Source of the DNA: Octopus bimaculoides
Taxonomy: Eukaryota
Length of the DNA: 64,000 nucleotides
Reading direction: 5' to 3'
Assembly (NCBI RefSeq): GCF_001194135.2
Contig: NC_069002.1
Span: forward strand, 179,570-243,569
This document shows positions 56,727 to 64,000 of the stretch, in pieces (position 1 is the stretch's first letter; every line of letters begins with the position of its first letter). The notes under the pieces were generated by a model, which ran no database searches, was not told the origin of the DNA, and worked only from the letters and a program-made list of their open reading frames with translations. Both the position numbers and the translations under genes were made by a program.

Positions 56727-57884
56727 CGTAGTCTATATATAATTTATATATGTATGTATCTTGAATATATATATATATATAGCGAGAGAGAGAGAGAGAG
56801 AGAGAGAAAATATAAAATACAATAAAATAATATATCTATATATAATGCAACATAAATATATAATGCAATATAATAATACAATATATATATATATATATAT
56901 ATGGGGGGGGGGGTAGTTTATTATGTGTGGGAGTACTCGTCACGAAAATGGTTTTTGCGTAAACCAAATCGATTGACGTTGAAAACTAACAACGACGAAT
57001 GACACTGATCAAGGAATTTTGATTTATTCTTTTATATATTTTGGGTTTATTTTATTTATTTCTTAAATCAATTATTTATTTTATATTTATATTTATATCA
57101 GTTTTTAACCTCAAAATAATTACTTATGCCTGTATTTCCAATCAGTCTTCCCACGCGTTGTTAACATGACATAGATACAAATAGTGAAATGACGATGTAG
57201 TGAGAGAGAGAGAGAGATTGATTACATCCAAGACCACGACAACAACAACTAAGGAGTCTTGTTTTCCAACATCACACTACCACCAGCACTCAACACATTG
57301 ATCGAGCAACATCTATGATCAAAAATGCTCCAGCCGTGACCTTTTCATTTTTTTTTTTGTATATTTCTGCTTACACAGGCCTCATCTTCTCTACGTTCTG
57401 ACTTAAAGTCCCACCAAGGTCGACTTTGCCTTTTATCCTTTCCAATCAATAAAATAAAGTACAGGTCAAGTACTGGAGTCGATGCAATCGTCTACCTGGC
57501 CCCTACCAAATTTCAGCTTCTGTGCCCGCGCCAGAAACATTTATTTTGGGCAGAATGGTTTGAACCTCTGTCAAAATCCCTACCGCTGTTTGGCTAAGAC
57601 TCGTCAAGTTCTCGGTGGACGATTGGCGGAATCGTTAGAACTGGACAAACTACCTTCCAGATTTAATGTACGACTTTTATGTTCTGAGTTCAAATCTCGC
57701 CCAGGTCAACTTTGATTTTCATCCTTTCAAGTACCAGTCAAGTACTTTGGTCAAGATAATCGTCTGTTCCCCCTCCCCTAAAATTGCTGACCTTTTGACC
57801 TGGGAAGACCCACACATGTACATCCATACATACAGACAGACAGACATACGTGGCTGCTGTCGACTCGTAGACGAGTATGACCAC

Positions 57885-58033
57885 CAGGGCCGGTTCAAGG
57901 TATTGGCAACTCGGGCAGTCGTCCGGGGTGCCAAGGAGGGCGTGACAAAAACAAGGAAATTTCCACGACCGTCAGCTTGTACAGGCCGAAGTTCAGCTTG
58001 CCCAGGGCGCCAGCAACCCTAGGGCTGGCCCTG
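57885..58033. mobile_element. hAT (Tip100-like) MITE, 149 bp
   Basis: TIRs CAGGGCCGGTTCAAGG / CAGGGCCAGCCCTAGG (reverse complement); 8-bp flanks ATGACCAC and ATGATCAT. Confidence 0.7.
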
Positions 58034-58639
58034 ATGATCATCGCCGTCAAATTATTTTATCGCAGATGTTAAAAGCAATGGTTGTCTGCGATACCGGTTC
58101 TGAAATTTAAAGTCAGTAACAACAGCTTGCACAACGCCGCTCAAACTCGCCTGCAAAGCCAAGGGGTCCAAAAACAAGCAAGAGCAAGATTTCTAGCTTC
58201 GCAATGAGAGGCGTCTAAGCAAAGTCTAGGAGTTTTTTTATTCCTATCTGTTGAATGGCTGTTGATACGATCGAGTTCATCCATCCTTTGATAGGTTTTA
58301 CTTTTCAGTCTTCTGGGTTTCCAACGAAAATTACGCTCCTTAAGAATCAAAATTACTGGTTTAGTCGTCGACGGCTCGACCATGCGACAGGTTGTAATGG
58401 GTTACACGTTAGATGTTACTAGTAGCAGTAACCTTGTCAATACTTCAATAAACGCAAGTTCAACAGACCAAGAAACAATGATCTGGGACAAATAAAAGAA
58501 ACTATGTTCACTACTTGAAATCAGTTGTCCAGTAGACGATATCAAGATAAAGTTAGAAGTTACTGGAAAAGAAAGCATCTACGATAAACTGATGAGAACA
58601 CTGTGGTTACCCTATTTCTAGATTTCTACAAATAATTAT

Positions 58640-58860
58640 TGGTTTCAAATTTTGGCACAGGGTCTGCAAATTCGGGGAGTGGGAGAGTAATGTTGATTAG
58701 ATCGACCCCAGTGTATTACTCTTACTTATTTCATCGAACTCGAAAGGATGAAAGGCAAAGTCAGCCTCGGTGCAATTTGAACACGGAATGTAAAAACGGA
58801 TGAAATGCCGCTAAACATGTTTGCCTGGCGTGCTAACGATTCTACCAGCTCGCCGCCCAA
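58640..58860 (-). mobile_element. SINE family 2 (tRNA-derived), well-preserved copy; others at about 2571-3005, 13335-13505, 23003-23208, 31205-31400, 41770-42090, 47057-48030, 49821-50011, 54475-55215, 60942-61145 (-) and 7530-7660, 46290-46470, 50054-50398, 57375-57810 (+)
   Basis: Head ggcggcgagctggcagaatcgttag...gagttcaaattcc (A/B-box-like), central gcctttcatcctttcggggtcgataaa.aagtaccag domain, tail ggccttgtgcc then (TTA/AAT)n. Confidence 0.8.
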
Positions 58861-60095
58861 TTTTTACTAATAATTCTTAGAGCACTTGGCTACGTGATAA
58901 ACTGCCTCGGTGCGAAGCTGGGATTCACAAAACCAGAAAGAACACGCCTGGTCCAAACATTAATTACAACCTGTCGTCAAACGCACTTTTAAAATACGTT
59001 AAACATTTCCGAAGTTCAGCATGAAATAAGCTTCACATATAATGTTATCCATGCATATGTTTATGAATCCATAAATATGTACATGCATACATGTATTCAT
59101 GCATATGTGCTAGCAATCTTTCATGCATGCATGCATACGTACAAAACTACCGTTTGATGTTATCAAATTCCAATGAATGAATGCTGCTTCGAGCCTAGTA
59201 ACCGGCTCTTTTTACTGGTGAGAAATTCGAAAAATAAAAACAATACCGAATATGCACCAATCTCCATTTTACACACACCCGCGAAATATATTGATTTGAT
59301 TGCTATATAACAGGTTTCTCAATAGTTCGAATATTCTCCTCTCGCTTTTTCTCTTTCTTTCTTTTTCTTCGATAGCTATTATTGTCCTTCCTATTAATTT
59401 ACTTCTCATCTACGACGAGAGAGAGAGAGAGAGAAAGGAAGGCAAGAAGCGACTGGCATATACATGCTCTACCATTTATTGTTGAGAGACAAGAATGTCA
59501 CCAGCTGGGATTTAAGAAACAAAAAAAANNNNNNNNNNAAAAAAAAAAAAAAAAAAAAAAAAATGTTGTCCTTCTTTAAATAATTCATTAACCACCCACA
59601 ACAATATTTCAACCGCATCACCTCCATCACTCTTGACTGCTGCGTCAGAGAGGCAACGCTGGTTGTGAGGAAAGTTTCCAATTACGGCTGCTGCTGATGA
59701 TGACGATGACGATGATGACGATGACTATTATCATCGTCAGCAGCCGTAGCGTCTTCATTGCATAATCATGGGGATAATGCTAGTGATGACGATTATAATT
59801 AATTGGTTGCTATTGTTGTTGATTGACTTTCCCTCCACCCTGGCATCCAATTCTATAACAAAATAGTAAATACTATAAAAATAAGTTGTTTTCTAATATA
59901 AATTACTTTTTTCTTCTTCCTAATATTGCTTACAGCATCCAGTTTCCCCAATAATAATAACAATGACGATGGTTTCTAATGATGATAATGATGCGGAGGA
60001 GGATTTGTCTTATTTGCCACAAGGGTATCGTATGGCGGAGACATTACAATGATGGGTCATATATAAAGCGTGGGAGTGCATAAATCCAATGAAAC

Positions 60096-60131
<36 letters not shown>

Positions 60132-60901
60132 NNNNNNNNNNNNNNNNNNNNNNNNNNNNNNNNNNNNNNNNNNNNNNNNNNNNNNNNNNNNNNNNNNNNN
60201 NNNNNNNNNNNNNNNNNNNNNNNNNNNNNNNNNNNNNNNNNNNNNNNNNNNNNNNNNNNNNNNNNNNNNNNNNNNNNNNNNNNNNNNNNNNNNNNNNNNN
60301 NNNNNNNNNNNNNNNNNNNNNNNNNNNNNNNNNNNNNNNNNNNNNNNNNNNNNNNNNNNNNNNNNNNNNNNNNNNNNNNNNNNNNNNNNNNNNNNNNNNN
60401 NNNNNNNNNNNNNNNNNNNNNNNNNNNNNNNNNNNNNNNNNNNNNNNNNNNNNNNNNNNNNNNNNNNNNNNNNNNNNNNNNNNNNNCCCAGAACAAGAAT
60501 TGCGGAACGGGTGGTAATTTTTATTCATTTATTGTTACTATTTGTTTTTTCATAATTGCGCCAGGGCAACCGCTCCGTGGGTCCACCATCACCACCACTA
60601 GCAGCAGCAGCAGCACGTCACCGAATCATTATATCAAAGATGAACATTTACAATGGCTCTTTGGGTGCAACAAGAAATTTATGCTAAAAGAAAAAAAAGA
60701 AAACTACAGCCGAAAGATCGAATAGAATTAAAAGAAGGGGAGGAGTAGAGCGTATGAGAAGTTACGTTAACAGGAGAGAGAGAAGGAGGAGGAGGAGGGG
60801 AAAGAGAAATGAAGAAAGGAGTAACAGGGTTATTGGTTAAGCTCGTTATGAAAAATAAATCAGTGGTAATTGTATGTGGGGGTTGGGGTGGGCGAATAAA
60901 T

Positions 60902-60942
<41 letters not shown>

Positions 60943-62488
60943 CCTTTCTACTAAAGGCACAAGGCCTGAAATTTGGTAGGAGAGGATTAGTCGATTACAT
61001 CGACCCCAGTGTTTCACTGGTACTTAATCTATCGACGTCGAAAGAATTAAAAAACAAAGTCGATCTCGGCTAAATTTGAACTCAGAACATGAAGACGGTC
61101 GAAATACCGCTAAGCATTTAGTCCGGCGTGCCAGTGCACCCCACTTAGCGACGGGCTTGCCCCATCTCACCAAAATGCGAGTGGCTTCTTTTTCCAGTTC
61201 TTTTAATAAGAATAAGATGAGGAAAAAGAAAAAGGAAAACGAAAAATTGAAGAAAGGAGGGGGGGGGGGTAACGGTGACGCTCGAAATAGAAACGATTAC
61301 GATGGTGGTGGCTTGACCACCAAAACGGCTTTGTTCGAGCAGATATCCTATGTTCAATCCCAGCGATGATCACCCAGTCATTTCTTTTTTGATTCACTGT
61401 ATTCTTCATCTTTCTAAGACAGCAATGTGTGATTCTGGGAGAGATTTACTTGCTATTTCTAACAAATCAAGCGACTGTGTAAGACGCTCCCGTTAACGTT
61501 CGGTTTCAGATCAGCAGACCTGTTCGAAAAGACTGATAATGAAAGACATTCCAGTCGTGATCATCCAGCTTAACTTGTCTATCCAAGACAACGATGTCTA
61601 AATGTCCTTCCTGTTTAAAAAAGAAAATAGTATGATTAGGAGATTTGACTGATATTTCCTGCAGGTCCTCTGACCACGTAGATAGAGGACCATAATTGAT
61701 CTTCATCCCTGAGTGGGTGTTTGGTAAGAACTGTCCCGGCTTCATGGCAATACGTGCCAATACATAAATATTAATTAATACTATACACATATAGATTGTA
61801 AGCCAACGAAGGACCCAATCGCTGTGTCGGTTGAATAACCATACACCCAGGGGACACGGGTTTCAAACTCTTGTATATGTTTCTATAAATAAATATGACA
61901 AAATCTTTGTGATCTATTTTCCTCTTCTGTTCGTGGTTATCCATATGTATGGATACCAAGCCACTTTTCGAAGTCTTTATACTAGCACCTAATAAGGCTA
62001 GTGGTGGTGGAGAAGGTACGTGTGTGTGCGTACGCAAAAATATGGGTATAAGTGTGTATGTATGCGTGTATACGTCAAGCAGCAGCATAATTCTAGCCAC
62101 ATTTCACCAAGCCATCAGTTGAAACAGCCCCTCTCCCTTCCCTCTCTCTTAATATCATGCAGCAACTAATCTAGTTTCACTTTGCTTGTCAGCTGATAAC
62201 AGCGTTGTTTCGAAACGGGCACGAGCAGAGAGAGAGAGACCTGCCAACGAGGAAAGCCTTTACCGCGAGGCGATCGTTCCACTTGCTAGAAATAGCAGCA
62301 ACATTGCTTCGAAATCATGCTGTCAACCATTTTAAAGAAAAGGGAAGGACACATTTAGTAGTGTAGCTATTGGCATTCCTAAATAAGATGGGATGGCACA
62401 TACTGGAATGTCTGTCATCTATAGAAGCCTAAGTGGCATTAAAAAACATTACGCACACGCACATACAGACAGATAAATAGACAGACAA

Positions 62489-62521
<33 letters not shown>

Positions 62522-63575
62522 CAGATAGACAGACAGAGAGACAGGTAGATAAACACACACACACACTCAGGTGAAAGTTTTAATGTATCGTCCAGTTAAA
62601 AACTATTATCCGGCCTTTGGGTCCCTGCAGCAAGTCTTATTTTGAATATAACGTTCTGACCTTTTCCTATAAATTTCGGTGATCCTTAAAAGAGTAAGGG
62701 AAGGGTGTTCCTTTAACATTTTCAGACTAGTCGGCCATCGAACAGAACTGTCATGAAACGAGGTTCCAGAACTCACCCCTCTTCCGTTAAGTCAAGCAAA
62801 AGATTGCATTAAACAAGGTGTACATCTTTTTATCTTCTTCTAAGTCAGGATTTAAGAGAGATATAACTGTAATTTCTAGCAGGTCGGAATACATCGTAGG
62901 AGTTTTATTCATGTTTAAGACAAAGGTTTGTCCTGATAGAAAAGGTATGTCATGAAAGACCTTCCAGCTGTGGCAAACCAGTTTGACGATTTAGGAAAAA
63001 GATGATTAGAAATCATTAAATCAATGTGTCCTCTTAAAAGACATTGTTGTGTAATTAGATGGAGATTTGACTGTTATTTCTAACACGTAAATGTACCACA
63101 ACACAGAAGGTCATGGTAAAGACGTTGTTGTTGTTGGGGATGTTTATTCCTTGGTCTGACTTAATAAGCAAACTTTTGACCAAAGGCTTTCAGTCGTGGC
63201 CATCCTGTTTTTTTTTTTCTTTTTTACTAGATTAAATTATACAACGTTTTCTTTATTTTTATTTTCAGACAGTAAGGTCTAAGATGAGAGAAATGTTGCT
63301 GCTATTTCTAGGTAATCGAATGACCACTTGAAAGGCTTCCATATGGTGTTTTAAAGTGGTGATGAAAAAAAAAAACAAAAAGATGGACAATTAATGTTGA
63401 TACATGTAATATCTAATATCATCTGTATCATGATCACCATTTAACGACCGTTTTCCATGCTGGGATGGGTTGGACAGTTTCACAGGAGCTGGCTACGCAG
63501 AAGACTGCGTCGGGCTTCACTGTCTGTTTTGGCACGGTTTCTATGGCTGGATGCTCTTCCTAACACCAACCACTT

Positions 63576-63626
<51 letters not shown>

Positions 63627-64000
63627 ACGTATATGTATGAGTACGTGTATTGATTATTTCTGCTGTCTAAGTAAAACAAATTATAAATAAACGTAGAAGA
63701 TGAATGCTAGCAATATTTATTATAATTGGCAGGGCATTCAAGAAAGAAAGAAAAGGAAGAAAGAATTGATAGAAAAGAAGAAGTTCTGTTGAAATAACGT
63801 AGTCATGAGATTTGTCAAAAATATATTCGACAATATGGTAATTATACAAGAAATAATATCGAATTGTTCATCGAGCAGCTGTTATCGAAGGAAACAAATG
63901 ATACAACACATCGATAGATAAAGTGACCTGTTGTTACAAGGACGAAAAATAATGGCATTCTTACATATAATTTTATAATTTCATTTCATGCTAATACTAT

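Noticed and set aside
58141-58383. 80-aa minus-strand ORF (MVEPSTTKPV...)
   Set aside because: No recognisable motif, splice context or partner exons; could be a decayed element.
61506-62100. Two adjacent minus-strand ORFs of 94 and 109 aa
   Set aside because: No family similarity recognised, they partly cross microsatellite or repeat sequence, and there is no consistent splice chain.

Overview
AT-rich, microsatellite- and SINE-dense animal genomic DNA with several N gaps. The repeat families and style suggest a cephalopod (Octopus-like); that taxon call is an inference. The main feature is the 5' part of a large minus-strand VPS13 (chorein, VPS13A/C-like lipid-transfer protein) gene. I spliced 35 coding exons by hand (ATG at 45811 down to 1609). 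All have GT-AG boundaries and compatible phases, giving one open frame of 3993 nt (1331 codons), and the gene continues past the left edge. A candidate non-coding first exon and CpG-retaining promoter lie at about 50.8-51.2 kb. Introns and the upstream 13 kb hold tRNA-derived SINEs, RTE LINE 3' ends, an internally deleted R4/Dong-like LINE, a mariner transposase remnant and hAT-type MITEs. Most notable: a Penelope-like inverted repeat carrying degenerate hammerhead motifs, an unclassified long-TIR MITE with a GC-rich core, a degenerate FFAT-like motif behind tandem splice acceptors, and a CpG-depleted block upstream of the promoter. No other protein-coding gene, tRNA/rRNA gene or CRISPR array is supported. 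Repeat boundaries are approximate and no database search was possible.
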